A stretch of 64,000 bases of DNA from an uncultured Alistipes sp. (GCA_900769405.1 CAAGGL010000024.1:31749-95748); one strand, 5' to 3'. Numbered from the stretch's first letter, positions 47,370 through 57,824 are shown. Notes: generated by a model from the sequence alone, not told the origin. A program made the numbers and translations.

Positions 47370-49109
47370 ATGAAAAACATTTTTCGCCGAGTGATGGGTA
47401 TGCTCGCAGTTGCATTTGTTGCGGCTACATCGCTCACTATGGTTGCTTGCTCTGAGGAGGAGGTTGCTGAGCCGAAGCGTTTGGCAGCTCCCGAGGTAGA
47501 TGTTATCTACCGTTCGGAGTCGTTCGATGTAACTTGGAAGGCTGTTGAGGGTGCTGACGGTTACGTTTACTCGCTCAATGGTGCTGAGGAGCAGACTATC
47601 ACTGCTACTTCGGTTAAGTTCTCGGGTCTGAAATTTGGTTCGGCAAACACCTTGAAGATCAAGGCTGTTGATTCGTCGAAGGCGTTCGCTGACTCGCAGT
47701 GGAATACCGTTAACCTGACTCTGAACTCGGCATTCGAGCTGGGTGAGATCGAGTTGGCTGTATCGGGCCAGACTGCATCGTCGTTCGTTGTATCGTGGAA
47801 CGCTGCTGAGGGTGCTGAGTACTATGAGGTTGCTCTGGGTAACGGCGCAGCTGAGCAGGTAACCGGCTTGCAGAAGGAGTTCACCGGTCTTGCTGAGGGT
47901 GCTTACGCAGTTAAGGTTCGCCCCGCAACTTCGGATGCTGACTACGCTCAAGCTGCTTGGGTTAGCATCACCGCTAAGACTCAGGTGACTATCGCTGACG
48001 AGTTGGCTGCTAACAGCTACCTGATCGAGGAGTCGGGTGCTTACGCTTTCGCTCCCTTCAAGGGTAACTCGGGTGAGGCTGTTGAGGGTGCAACCGGCGC
48101 AGCTCTGCTGTGGCAGGATACTCCGGGCCTGATCACCAGCGTTGACTTCGTTGATTCGAAGGTTACTTTCGCTGTTGCTGAGGGTGTTTATGGTAACGCT
48201 GTTGTTTACGCTTACGGCGAGGATGGTAACGAGGTAGCTCTGTGGAGCTGGCACATCTGGGTTCCCGAGCAGCAGGTTGAGTCGCTGCCTATGCTGACCG
48301 GCTTCAACGTGATGAATATGAACCTCGGTGCAACCACCGCAACAGCTGCTGACATTAATGCTTACGGTCTGCTCTACCAGTGGGGTCGTAAGGATCCCTT
48401 CACCGGTTCGCCTTCGTTGACCGGTACCACCGCAACCGTTGCTAAGCCGATCTACAATATCGACGGCGAGGAGGGTGAGTTCGACGCAGTAATGACTCCC
48501 CAGTCGGTTGAGTTTGCGATCGCTAATCCTGGTGCGTTCATCTCGCCTCTGTATGTAGATTACGCTGACTGGTGCTCGACTCCCGATGACGGTCTGTGGG
48601 GCAACCCCGACGGTAACTACCGCGAGAGCGGCTCGTTGAAGTACTACAACTTGGGCGAGAAGTCGATGTACGACCCCTGCCCCGCAGGTTGGCGTGTACC
48701 CCCCATTATGGCCTTCTCGAAGTTCACTTCGACCGGCGCTGCTGTAATGGGTGACTACTCGAAGACCGCAGTTGCTGACCGTAATGGTGATGGTGTAGTT
48801 AATGCAAACGATTACAACTACGGTTTCTATATGACCTTGGCTGGTACTACCACTACCTTCTTCCCCGCAGCTTCGCGTTGGTATGGTGCATACGCTGCAC
48901 TCTACGGCTCGGTTGCAGGTCACTCGGGTGTTTACTGGTCGAACTCGGTATATAAGAGCACCTTGTCGTCGCAGGCTAACAGCTTGATGGCTACCGCTTG
49001 TCTGAGCTATATGAGCCCCACTGCTGCCGGTACCTGCTTTGTGTCGGCTAATAGTGGTGGTGCACGTTCGGACGCAAGCTCGGTACGTTGCGTTGCTGAC
49101 CGCGAGTAA
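47370..49109 (+). CDS. surface lipoprotein with FN3-like repeats and C-terminal Fib_succ_major (FISUMP, TIGR02145-like) domain
   Basis: 579 aa; lipobox MVACSEEE; repeated W(K/N)AVEGA(D/E)(G)Y(V/E)(Y/V) FN3-like modules; YQWGRKDPF and DPCPAGWRVP motifs of the Fibrobacter succinogenes major paralogous domain. Confidence 0.6.
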   Translation: MKNIFRRVMGMLAVAFVAATSLTMVACSEEEVAEPKRLAAPEVDVIYRSESFDVTWKAVEGADGYVYSLNGAEEQTITATSVKFSGLKFGSANTLKIKAVDSSKAFADSQWNTVNLTLNSAFELGEIELAVSGQTASSFVVSWNAAEGAEYYEVALGNGAAEQVTGLQKEFTGLAEGAYAVKVRPATSDADYAQAAWVSITAKTQVTIADELAANSYLIEESGAYAFAPFKGNSGEAVEGATGAALLWQDTPGLITSVDFVDSKVTFAVAEGVYGNAVVYAYGEDGNEVALWSWHIWVPEQQVESLPMLTGFNVMNMNLGATTATAADINAYGLLYQWGRKDPFTGSPSLTGTTATVAKPIYNIDGEEGEFDAVMTPQSVEFAIANPGAFISPLYVDYADWCSTPDDGLWGNPDGNYRESGSLKYYNLGEKSMYDPCPAGWRVPPIMAFSKFTSTGAAVMGDYSKTAVADRNGDGVVNANDYNYGFYMTLAGTTTTFFPAASRWYGAYAALYGSVAGHSGVYWSNSVYKSTLSSQANSLMATACLSYMSPTAAGTCFVSANSGGARSDASSVRCVADRE

Positions 49110-49148
49110 TCGAAAAAAAGGTAGTTATACCTTAAAATAAATAGACCA

Positions 49149-49184
49149 ATCGGCCGATACTTCGTGTGTCGGCCGATTTTTTAT
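49149..49184 (+). terminator. rho-independent terminator
   Basis: ATCGGCCGATAC-ttcgtgtg-TCGGCCGAT followed by TTTTTT. Confidence 0.8.
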
Positions 49185-49334
49185 GCCAAAAACCGCCGAT
49201 AATCGCCCATAAAATGGTGAAAATGTGAAAAAAATAGCGCGCATTTTTTTTATTAAAAAATAATCACTACCTTTGCACGCCCATAATAATGGGTTTGGAT
49301 CAATTAAACAAGTATTAATTAAAACGTAAAACAA

Positions 49335-49790
49335 GTGGATTCATTAAGCTACAAGACTATCTCGGTGAATGCAGCGACAGCAAACAAGGAGTGGGTGCTG
49401 ATCGACGCTAATGGCGAGGTATTGGGACGTCTTGCATCGCAGATCGCGAAGATCCTGCGCGGCAAGAACAAGCCTAGCTTTACTCCCCACGTTGATTGCG
49501 GTGACAACGTTATCGTTATCAATGCTGACAAGGTGAAGCTCACGGGCAAGAAGATGACCGAAAAGGTCTATGTACGTCACACGGGTTACCCCGGTGGCCA
49601 GCGTTTCGCCACTCCGGCAGATTATTTGAAGAGAAAGCCTACCTTCGTTGTAGAGAAGGCAGTTAAGGGTATGTTGCCCAAGAACCGTCTGGGTGAGGCT
49701 CTCTTGAAGAACTTGAAGGTTTATGCAGGTGCTGAGCATCCTCACGCTGCACAGAACCCCAAAACAATCAAATTAAACGAGATTAAGTAA
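49335..49790 (+). CDS. rplM: 50S ribosomal protein L13
   Basis: 151 aa, highly conserved. Confidence 0.95.
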   Translation: MDSLSYKTISVNAATANKEWVLIDANGEVLGRLASQIAKILRGKNKPSFTPHVDCGDNVIVINADKVKLTGKKMTEKVYVRHTGYPGGQRFATPADYLKRKPTFVVEKAVKGMLPKNRLGEALLKNLKVYAGAEHPHAAQNPKTIKLNEIK

Positions 49791-49795
49791 AGATT

Positions 49796-50182
49796 ATGGA
49801 AGTTGTAAACACCGTAGGACGCCGTAAGGCCGCTGTGGCTCGCGTATACGTAAAACCCGGTCAGGGCAACATCACAATCAACAAGAAGTCGCTTGAGACT
49901 TACTTCCCGTTGGAGATCCTTCGTTTCGTTGTTAAGCAGCCGCTGTTGGTTACCAACACCGCTGAGAGCTACGACATTATGATCAACCTCGACGGTGGTG
50001 GTATCAAGGGCCAGGCAGAGGCTGCACGTTTGGGCATCGCTCGCGCACTGTGCCAGATCGACGCCGAGATGCGTCCCGTTTTGAAGAAGAACGGTTTCAT
50101 GACGCGTGATCCTCGCGAAGTTGAGCGTAAGAAGCCCGGTCAGCCGAGTGCACGCGCGAAGTTCCAGTTCAGCAAGCGTTAA
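49796..50182 (+). CDS. rpsI: 30S ribosomal protein S9
   Basis: 128 aa, C-terminal KFQFSKR. Confidence 0.95.
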   Translation: MEVVNTVGRRKAAVARVYVKPGQGNITINKKSLETYFPLEILRFVVKQPLLVTNTAESYDIMINLDGGGIKGQAEAARLGIARALCQIDAEMRPVLKKNGFMTRDPREVERKKPGQPSARAKFQFSKR

Positions 50183-50349
50183 TATTCGCGTCCGAATTGG
50201 CAGCACGATCGAGGTTCAAATTTTGCAGACTGCCGCATAGAGCGCATTACCGCAAAATTGCCTGATCGCGGAAAATCGGTGGGATTGCCCGAGGCACTAC
50301 TCGCCGGTTGAAGAACAGAGAACAAAAAACAGAAAAACAAACATTTGAA

Positions 50350-51186
50350 ACAATGTCAAGAACAGATTTCAATACTTTATTGGATGCCGGAGTGCACTTC
50401 GGTCACCTCAAAAGAAAGTGGAACCCCAAAATGGCTCCCTACATCTTTATGGAGAAGAACGGTATCCACATCATCGACTTGCACAAGACCGTGCTGAAAA
50501 TCGATGAGGCTGCAGCAGCGTTGAAGCAGATCGCAAAGAGCGGTCGCCGCGTATTGTTCGTAGCTACCAAGAAACAAGCCAAAGAAGTTGTCGCTGAGAA
50601 GGTTCAGGCAGTCGGTATGCCTTATGTTACCGAGCGCTGGGCTGGCGGCATGCTTACAAACTTCCCCACTATACGTAAGGCCGTTAAGAAGATGTCGACG
50701 ATCGATCGTATGACCAATGACGGTACTTTCGACAATTTCTCAAAACGAGAGAAGCTCCAGATCTCGCGTCAGCGTGCTAAGTTGGAGAAGAACCTCGGTT
50801 CGATCGCTGACTTGACTCGTCTGCCTGCTGCACTGTTCGTTGTTGACGTTCAGAAGGAGGCAAACGCAGTTAAGGAGGCTAAGCGTCTGAACATTCCCGT
50901 ATTTGCAATGGTTGATACTTGTTGTGATCCAACCAACATCGATTACGTTATCCCTGCAAATGACGACGCTATGAAGTCGATCGCCGTAGTTCTCGATGCA
51001 ATGTGCGCAGCAATCGCTGAGGGCGTTGAGGAGCGCAAGCTCGAAAAGGAGAAGGAGGCTGCTGAGGCCGAGGCTAAGAACGAAGGCAAGAAAGAGGCTA
51101 AGCCCCGCGTAAAGAAGGCCGTTAAGGAGAACGTGGAGGCTGAGGTTGCTGAGGTTGTAGCTGCAACCGAGCAGGACGCCGAGTAA
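50350..51186 (+). CDS. rpsB: 30S ribosomal protein S2
   Basis: start at MSRTDFNTLLDAGVHFGH; C-terminal K/E/A-rich tail. Confidence 0.93.
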   Translation, partial: TMSRTDFNTLLDAGVHFGHLKRKWNPKMAPYIFMEKNGIHIIDLHKTVLKIDEAAAALKQIAKSGRRVLFVATKKQAKEVVAEKVQAVGMPYVTERWAGGMLTNFPTIRKAVKKMSTIDRMTNDGTFDNFSKREKLQISRQRAKLEKNLGSIADLTRLPAALFVVDVQKEANAVKEAKRLNIPVFAMVDTCCDPTNIDYVIPANDDAMKSIAVVLDAMCAAIAEGVEERKLEKEKEAAEAEAKNEGKKEAKPRVKKAVKENVEAEVAEVVAATEQDAE

Positions 51187-51224
51187 TTAAACAAAGTTTT
51201 TAACCGCAAAAAGATTTTACCACT

Positions 51225-52055
51225 ATGGAAATCAAAGCAGCAGATGTAATGACGCTCCGTAAAATGACCGGTGCCGGTATGATGGATTGCAAGAAGGCTC
51301 TCATCGAGGCAGAGGGTGATTTCGAGCGTGCAAAGGATATTATCCGCGAGAAGGGTAAGCTGGTAGTTAGCAAACGTGCTGACCGTACCGCTACCGAGGG
51401 CGTAGTTGTATCGAAGATCGTTGGCGAGAAGGCATATCTCTTGTGCTTGGCTTGCGAGACCGACTTCGTAGCAGCTAACAGCGAGTTCAGCGCGTCGGCA
51501 GAGGCTATCCTCGAGCTGGCAGTTAAGAACGATGTAGCTGATCAGCAGGCCCTGATGGCAGTTAAGAACGACGAGGGTCGCACCGTAGAGGAGGTCGTAA
51601 CCGAGAAGTCGGGTCAGACCGGCGAGAAGGTTGAGTTGGCATACTATGGCCGCATCGAGGCTCCCTACTGCAACGCTTACGTTCACTTCAACAAGAAGCT
51701 TGGTACTATCCTTGGTTTCAACAAGGAGGTTCCCGCTGAGGTTGCTCACGCAGTAGCTATGCAGGCAACTGCAATGGCTCCCATCTCGATCGACGAGAAC
51801 GACTGCCCCGCTGAGGTAGTTGAGAAGGAGAAGGCTATCGCTATGGAGCAGATGAAGCAGGATCCCAAGAACGCTAACAAGCCCGATGCAATTTTGGAGA
51901 AGATCGCTGAGGGTAAGATGCGTAAGTTCTTCGAGGAGAACACTCTCTTGAACCAGTTGGTTGTTGGTGAGAAGAAGACCATCGCTGACTACATCAAGGA
52001 GGCTGACAAGGAGGCTACCGTAGTAGCTTACAAGCGTTTCGCACTGGGTAACTAA
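51225..52055 (+). CDS. tsf: elongation factor Ts
   Basis: 276 aa; UBA-like N-terminus LRKMTGAGMMDCKKAL. Confidence 0.95.
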   Translation: MEIKAADVMTLRKMTGAGMMDCKKALIEAEGDFERAKDIIREKGKLVVSKRADRTATEGVVVSKIVGEKAYLLCLACETDFVAANSEFSASAEAILELAVKNDVADQQALMAVKNDEGRTVEEVVTEKSGQTGEKVELAYYGRIEAPYCNAYVHFNKKLGTILGFNKEVPAEVAHAVAMQATAMAPISIDENDCPAEVVEKEKAIAMEQMKQDPKNANKPDAILEKIAEGKMRKFFEENTLLNQLVVGEKKTIADYIKEADKEATVVAYKRFALGN

Positions 52056-52078
52056 TCGTTACTCGACGAAATATCAAT

Positions 52079-52115
52079 GCGACCGTCGCTCGAAAGAGTG
52101 GCGGTCGTTTTTTTA
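52079..52115 (+). terminator. rho-independent terminator of rpsB-tsf
   Basis: GCGACCGTCGC-tcgaaagagt-GGCGGTCG followed by T7. Confidence 0.65.
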
Positions 52116-52217
52116 TGATTGTGGAGCGAGGTGGTCGAAAGTGTCGAGAAAATTTGTATCTTTGCAATGTTGGCTCTGGGAAGCCGACCGAAAAACCGAT
52201 AAAAAAGAGAGGCAGGA

Positions 52218-53486
52218 ATGAAGTTTTGGCGATATATAGCGGTGGTTGCGTTGGGTGTGATGGCGATGGCTTGCGAGCCGAAGCCCTACATCCCGAAGCC
52301 GCCACAGGGCACGGCGGATCATACGGTGATTATGTATCTGGCCGGCAATAACAACCTCGAATCATATTTGGAGGACAATATTCGTGACGTGATCTCGTCG
52401 GTCGATGCGACGACTCCGAGCGATAATGGACGCATCGTGATCTATTTCCGTCCGCGTGTAGCGTCGGGTGAGCCGATGTTGTTGCAGGTCTATTATGATA
52501 AAAAGTTGGCGGCAGTGCAGTGCGATACTGTTCGAACCTATCCCGCAACGATGTCGTCAAGTGACCCTGCGACCCTCAGTAAGGTTGTGGAGGACGCTGC
52601 GGCAGTAGCACCTGCAAAGGAGTACTCGATGATCTTCGGCTCGCACGCAACGGGCTGGTTTACAAAGGAGTGTATGTCGCGCGGATCGTTGGAACGACCT
52701 ATGTCGATCAGTTTCAAATCGCCGAATGATGGTAGTTTTTGGCAGCAGCGTGGCGATGAGATCACTCGTACGTTTGGTATGGACGGCAAGGTTGAGTACG
52801 AGGGATCGCAGATCGATGATCCGGGAATGAATATCAGCGATATGGCGGCGGCGTTGTCGGGTCGAAAGTTCCGCACGTTGATCTTTGATGCCTGCTTTAT
52901 GGCGTCGGTCGAGGCGGTCTATGATCTGCGAAATGTGACAAATTATGTGATCGCATCGTCGGCCGAGATTATGGGACGCGGTATGCCTTATGATATGGTA
53001 CTCAAATATTTGTTCGCGTCGGGCGGTATCGAAGGTAATCTGATGCAGTATTGCAGCGAGTATATGCGCTACTATTCGGCGTTGACGACGGGACGTAAGT
53101 CGGGCACAATTTCGCTTGTCGATTGTTCGCGCATCGAGGCGTTGGCAACGGCAGTGGCGCAAGTGGAGCAGGGCGGACTGAATGAAGTCAATGCGTATGA
53201 CGTTCAGTCGTTTGAACTGCTTGACGAACATCAATTCTACGATTTGGAACACTTCTACGATCTGGCGGCGAAGGATCGCGCAGCGTATAGCGCTATGCAG
53301 AATGCGCTGACCGACTGCGTGTTATATAAGGGTAATACACCGACCGTCTTCTCGGCGTATGGATATGGCGTGTTCGAGATTGAGCGCAATTGCGGCTTGA
53401 CGATGAACGTCCCGAGTGCGTCGTATGAGCTGTTCCGCTCGGAGTGGTTGAAGACCTCGTGGGCAAAGCGTATCGGTCGCCACTAA
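52218..53486 (+). CDS. C11 (clostripain) family cysteine peptidase lipoprotein
   Basis: 422 aa; lipobox MAMAC-EPKP; His/Cys dyad context FGSHATGW ... LIFDACFMAS typical of peptidase C11. Confidence 0.7.
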   Translation: MKFWRYIAVVALGVMAMACEPKPYIPKPPQGTADHTVIMYLAGNNNLESYLEDNIRDVISSVDATTPSDNGRIVIYFRPRVASGEPMLLQVYYDKKLAAVQCDTVRTYPATMSSSDPATLSKVVEDAAAVAPAKEYSMIFGSHATGWFTKECMSRGSLERPMSISFKSPNDGSFWQQRGDEITRTFGMDGKVEYEGSQIDDPGMNISDMAAALSGRKFRTLIFDACFMASVEAVYDLRNVTNYVIASSAEIMGRGMPYDMVLKYLFASGGIEGNLMQYCSEYMRYYSALTTGRKSGTISLVDCSRIEALATAVAQVEQGGLNEVNAYDVQSFELLDEHQFYDLEHFYDLAAKDRAAYSAMQNALTDCVLYKGNTPTVFSAYGYGVFEIERNCGLTMNVPSASYELFRSEWLKTSWAKRIGRH

Positions 53487-53504
53487 GCGGTGAATACCCC
53501 CAAA

Positions 53505-53540
53505 AATAATACCCCGAAGTTGCGACTTCGGGGTATTATT
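53505..53540. terminator. bidirectional rho-independent terminator
   Basis: AATACCCCGAAGT-tgcg-ACTTCGGGGTATT perfect 13-bp stem between convergent genes. Confidence 0.85.
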
Positions 53541-53556
53541 GTTCTAATGCGGTTGA

Positions 53557-54183
53557 CTATCTCTGCGGGAACTGACCACGCTGGGGAAATTGTCCACGCT
53601 GACCCTGCGGACCATTCTGGGGGCCCTTGTCTTGGGGACCTTTGCCGTGCTGACCGCCCTGAGGACCTTTGCCGTGTGGACCCTTCTCCATACGGTTGAA
53701 ATCGTTGCTCATACGCTCGCGCTCAAATTTGAGCCACTCGTTGTATTGCTTGTCATTCAATATTTTACACATATTCTTGTCGCGCTTGCTGATGGCTTTG
53801 TCCATCTCATTCTGCGAGATCTCCTCGTCCATACCGGGGAATTGACCCATCGGCGGGAAGTCACCATTGCCCATATTGGGGAATCCACCCTGCGGCGGTA
53901 TACCACCCTGCGGGGGCATACCTCCGAACGGACCGCCCGGACCACCCATTGGCGGGAACTGACCCATCTGAGGACGGCTTGCCTGCATTGCATCGAAGAA
54001 TGTGGTATAGATTTTCTTGACGCGCTTGCTCTGCTTGGCGTCGAGTTTTAATTCGCGGGTAAGTTGTTTGGTGATCTGTTCAGCTCGTTCGGTGCTTGAC
54101 ATTCTGCCGAAGGGCTGTGCCGACACACCGATTGTGACCAACAATGCGGCTACTGCAAGGAGAGTTAATTTAATTCGTTTCAT
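53557..54183 (-). CDS. periplasmic Spy/CpxP-like (LTXXQ-motif, DUF4890-like) protein with G/P/Q-rich low-complexity repeats
   Basis: 208 aa; signal peptide; LTRELKLDAKQ and ILNDKQYNEW LTXXQ-like motifs; repeats GPQGGQHGKGPQ, PPQGGIPPQGGFP. Confidence 0.55.
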   Translation of the reverse strand: MKRIKLTLLAVAALLVTIGVSAQPFGRMSSTERAEQITKQLTRELKLDAKQSKRVKKIYTTFFDAMQASRPQMGQFPPMGGPGGPFGGMPPQGGIPPQGGFPNMGNGDFPPMGQFPGMDEEISQNEMDKAISKRDKNMCKILNDKQYNEWLKFERERMSNDFNRMEKGPHGKGPQGGQHGKGPQDKGPQNGPQGQRGQFPQRGQFPQR

Positions 54184-54238
54184 AGTGTTTAGGGATAATT
54201 AGCTTGATATAAAACGATCGTTTCAATTAATTTATTGC

Positions 54239-55045
54239 CTAAATCTGTTGAACGTGCACAAAAATATCATCGTCAAATACCACATTCGGCTCGCTTTCGA
54301 ACAGACCGAACAGCGCCGATCCCGATCCCGACATCGCGGCGTAGAGTGCGCCACCATCGAGCAGCGCCTGCTTCAATTCGGACAGTCGCGGGTGAGCGGC
54401 GAAGATATGCGGCTCGAAACCATTCGCGATCTGCTCCTGCCACGTCGCGCGGTCGTCCGCTAAACGCTCGACGAGTGAACGTGCGGGCACGGCAGGGCGT
54501 ACACCCGAGTATGCCTCGGCGGTCGAAACCCCGAAAGGAGGCTTGATAACTACCAGCCACAGCCCGTTAAGGTCGAGGTTGATCGGTTGCATCACCTCGC
54601 CACGCCCCGTGCAAAGCTGCGTGCGGTTTTCGATGAAGAAGGCTGTGTCGCTACCCAGCGCAGCGGCCATATCGACCATTTCGCGCACGCTAAGTCCGAG
54701 CGTAAACTCCTCATTCAGAGCGAGTATAACGGTCGAGGCGTCCGACGATCCGCCACCCAGACCTGCACCAAAGGGCACACGTTTATCGAGGGTGATGCGC
54801 ACGGGCGGCACGTCGCAATGCGAGCGCACAAGGTTATAAGCGCGCAGACATAAGTTCTTTTCGGGCGGGCAATCGACTACGATACCCGTCTGCACGAACT
54901 CCACTTCGTCAGCGCGCTCGACGGTGATCAGGTCGTAGAGCTCGGTTACGGGAATCATCACCGTTTCGAGATCGTGAAAACCGTCCTCGCGTCGACGCAG
55001 GATGTCGAGTCCGAGATTTATTTTGCAGTTGGCTTTGAGTTTCAT
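54239..55045 (-). CDS. ispE: 4-diphosphocytidyl-2-C-methyl-D-erythritol kinase
   Basis: 268 aa; GHMP kinase motif PFGAGLGGGSSDAS. Confidence 0.9.
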   Translation of the reverse strand: MKLKANCKINLGLDILRRREDGFHDLETVMIPVTELYDLITVERADEVEFVQTGIVVDCPPEKNLCLRAYNLVRSHCDVPPVRITLDKRVPFGAGLGGGSSDASTVILALNEEFTLGLSVREMVDMAAALGSDTAFFIENRTQLCTGRGEVMQPINLDLNGLWLVVIKPPFGVSTAEAYSGVRPAVPARSLVERLADDRATWQEQIANGFEPHIFAAHPRLSELKQALLDGGALYAAMSGSGSALFGLFESEPNVVFDDDIFVHVQQI

Positions 55046-55101
55046 ATCGCAAATATAGCGAATTTTAGCTACATTTGTACCGCTAATCGAGAGAATGTTC
55101 T

Positions 55102-56070
55102 ATGCAATTTCGTACCCCAATCACAATCTCGCAGTCGTCGTTGCGACTCGACCACTCGCATCGCGTAGTGATGTTCGGATCGTGCTTTTCGGAGCACATT
55201 GCTGAGCGTATGCACAACGCAGGTTTTCACGTCGCGAGCAACCCGTTCGGCATAATGTTCAATCCCGCATCAATCGCGCGTAATATCGAACGACTGGCAA
55301 CAGCACAGCCATATTCGATTGAGGATCTGACGCTTAGTGGCGAGCGTTGGGTGTCGTTCGACTTTCACGGCGATTTCGCGTCGCGCTCGGCTGAGCTGGC
55401 TGTTGAGTCGATGAATCGTGCGGTCGAGAGTGGAGCGCAGGCTCTGCGCGAGGCCGATACGGTGGTGCTGACGCTGGGTACGGCGTGGGTATATCGACAT
55501 AACGGGTGCGTCGTGGCAAATTGCCATAAACTGCCTGCGCAGATGTTCACGCGCCAGATGATGAGCGTGGAGGAAATTACCGAATTGCTTACTCAAACCA
55601 TAGAGAAACACTTGCCCAATAAGCAGGTCGTGCTGACCGTCAGCCCCGTGCGCCACATAGCCGACGGATTGGATGGTAACTCGCTGAGTAAGGCTACGTT
55701 GCGCGTGGCTGCGGCAAGCGTTGCCGAGCGATTGGAGAGGGTAAACTACTTCCCCTCGTTCGAGATTATGAACGACGATCTGCGCGACTATCGTTTCTAT
55801 GAGGCCGATATGGTGCACCCGAGTGCGGTGGCGGTCGATTACATCTGGGAGCGTTGGTGCGAGTGGACGATTGACGCCTCGGTTAGCGAGCCGATGCACG
55901 AGGCTGAGCGTCTGTGGCGTGCGGCTCATCACCGCCCAACCGATCCGCAGTCGGAGGCTCACCGCGAGTTCTGTCGCAAGATGAATGAGCGAATCGATCG
56001 CTTGTCGGCACAATATCCCGATGCGAATTGGGGTGCGTTGCGTCCATTTTTTGCGTTTGAGGAGAAATAA
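55102..56070 (+). CDS. GSCFA-family protein
   Basis: 322 aa; eponymous FGSCFS motif near N-terminus. Confidence 0.7.
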   Translation: MQFRTPITISQSSLRLDHSHRVVMFGSCFSEHIAERMHNAGFHVASNPFGIMFNPASIARNIERLATAQPYSIEDLTLSGERWVSFDFHGDFASRSAELAVESMNRAVESGAQALREADTVVLTLGTAWVYRHNGCVVANCHKLPAQMFTRQMMSVEEITELLTQTIEKHLPNKQVVLTVSPVRHIADGLDGNSLSKATLRVAAASVAERLERVNYFPSFEIMNDDLRDYRFYEADMVHPSAVAVDYIWERWCEWTIDASVSEPMHEAERLWRAAHHRPTDPQSEAHREFCRKMNERIDRLSAQYPDANWGALRPFFAFEEK

Positions 56071-56134
56071 ATCACACAAAAAAGCACGTCACCTTGTATT
56101 AAATTCGTATCTTTACGCCTTAAAATTGATTAAG

Positions 56135-57793
56135 ATGAAATTTCGCACACTTTTGATACTTGCTTTGCTGCCTTTCGGGGCGTTGCGTGCGCAGACTGCG
56201 GCACAGCCCGCCGAGCAGACGAAGCAGCCCCGCTTGATTGTCAATATCGTTGTAAGTCAGATGCGTTACGACTTTTTGTCGCGCTTCGAGAAGGGCTTTG
56301 GCGAGGGCGGTTTCAAGCGATTTATGCGCGAGGGTACGAGCTACGAAGAGAGCTACTACAACTATATGCTGACCACGACACCCGCCTCATTGGCAACCCT
56401 GACGACGGGTGCTAATCCGTCGATTCACGGCGTTGCGGCGGACTATTGGGTCGATTACACGACCAACCGCAAGGTGGCATTGATTGACGATCGCTCGATG
56501 CGTGGTCTGGATTGCGATGACGGACGCGGTTGCTACTCGAATGCAAACTTGGTTGTGCCGACATTTGCCGATGCGTTGAAGGACTACTCGCCCGATAGCC
56601 GAGTGGTGACGCTGGCGTGCGATCCGATGTCGGCAGTGGTGATGGGCGGACAGACTTCGGATGTCTATTGGATTGATGACTCGCGTTGCTGCTGGGCAAC
56701 CTCGACGGCATATAGACCTATGCTGCCGGGTTGGGTAAGTGACTATAACGATGAGCGTTACAACGCTTCGTTCTTGAACTATAAGTGGACACTGCTCAAC
56801 GATAAGGATGTATATGTCAATCGTCGTTACTCGCGTTTGGAGCCGGTGAAGGCTACGGAGCAACCCTCCAAGAAGCGTAGTGCGTTGTCGCGTATGTTCA
56901 CCAAGCAGACCATTTCGCGCGATTACGATAAGATTCTGTCAACTCCTGCGGGCAATACGATCGTCTTTGAGTTTGCGCGTCGCGCGATGATGAATGAGCG
57001 TCTGGGTGCCGATGAGGTGACCGATGTACTCAATATCTGCCTCGATGCTCCGCGCTATATCGGCGAGATGTATGGCCCTGAGTCAATGGAGATTGAGGAT
57101 ATGTTCTATCGCTTGGATAGCGATTTGGAGCAGTTTTTGGGCTTTGTTTTTGCGCAGTTCGATAGCTCGGAGGAGGTGCTTGTGGTGCTGACGTCGGATC
57201 ACGGATCGAGCGACTCGTACGATCTGGGTGATGAGCCGCGCGAGCGATTCAATCCGCGCCAATTCTGCGTGATCCTCAATAGTTTTATGATTGCGCAGTG
57301 GGGAGCAGGCGATTGGGTGCTGGATTATGTTGATCGCCAGCTCTACCTGAATCGTAACCTGATTTACAGCAAGAACCTCAATTTGGAGGAGGTGCAGAAT
57401 CGCGTTGCGGCATTTGCGTTGCAGTTCCGCGGCGTGTCGCACGTGATGACCTCGACGGCAATGCAGAACAGCTATTTCGGTGCATCGTATGCGCAGATGA
57501 TGCAGAATAGTTTCTATCCGCGTCGTTCGGGCGACCTGACAATCAACCTTATGGCGGGTTGGATCGAGGAGCGCGATGATGACGAGGCTCGCTCGCGTTC
57601 GGGTTCAATGTATGGCTACGATACCCACGTGCCGATGTTGTGGTTGGGTTGGAAGGTGCCTGCGGCTCGCAAGGTCTATCGCTCGGTTGATATGACCTCG
57701 GTGGCACCCACTTTGGCGCGTATAGTGAATATCGGTCGCCCGATTGCATCGACTTCGCTGCCGCTCGAAGAGATTATTGGTGCAGATAAGTAA
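56135..57793 (+). CDS. alkaline phosphatase superfamily protein (nucleotide pyrophosphatase/phosphodiesterase-like), secreted
   Basis: ~552 aa from MKFRTLLILALLPFGALRAQ; metal-site context TTPASLATLTTGANPSIHG resembling ENPP/AlkP core. Confidence 0.6.
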   Translation: MKFRTLLILALLPFGALRAQTAAQPAEQTKQPRLIVNIVVSQMRYDFLSRFEKGFGEGGFKRFMREGTSYEESYYNYMLTTTPASLATLTTGANPSIHGVAADYWVDYTTNRKVALIDDRSMRGLDCDDGRGCYSNANLVVPTFADALKDYSPDSRVVTLACDPMSAVVMGGQTSDVYWIDDSRCCWATSTAYRPMLPGWVSDYNDERYNASFLNYKWTLLNDKDVYVNRRYSRLEPVKATEQPSKKRSALSRMFTKQTISRDYDKILSTPAGNTIVFEFARRAMMNERLGADEVTDVLNICLDAPRYIGEMYGPESMEIEDMFYRLDSDLEQFLGFVFAQFDSSEEVLVVLTSDHGSSDSYDLGDEPRERFNPRQFCVILNSFMIAQWGAGDWVLDYVDRQLYLNRNLIYSKNLNLEEVQNRVAAFALQFRGVSHVMTSTAMQNSYFGASYAQMMQNSFYPRRSGDLTINLMAGWIEERDDDEARSRSGSMYGYDTHVPMLWLGWKVPAARKVYRSVDMTSVAPTLARIVNIGRPIASTSLPLEEIIGADK

Positions 57794-57824
57794 TTTATTG
57801 AACAATAGAAAGTTAAGATATATA

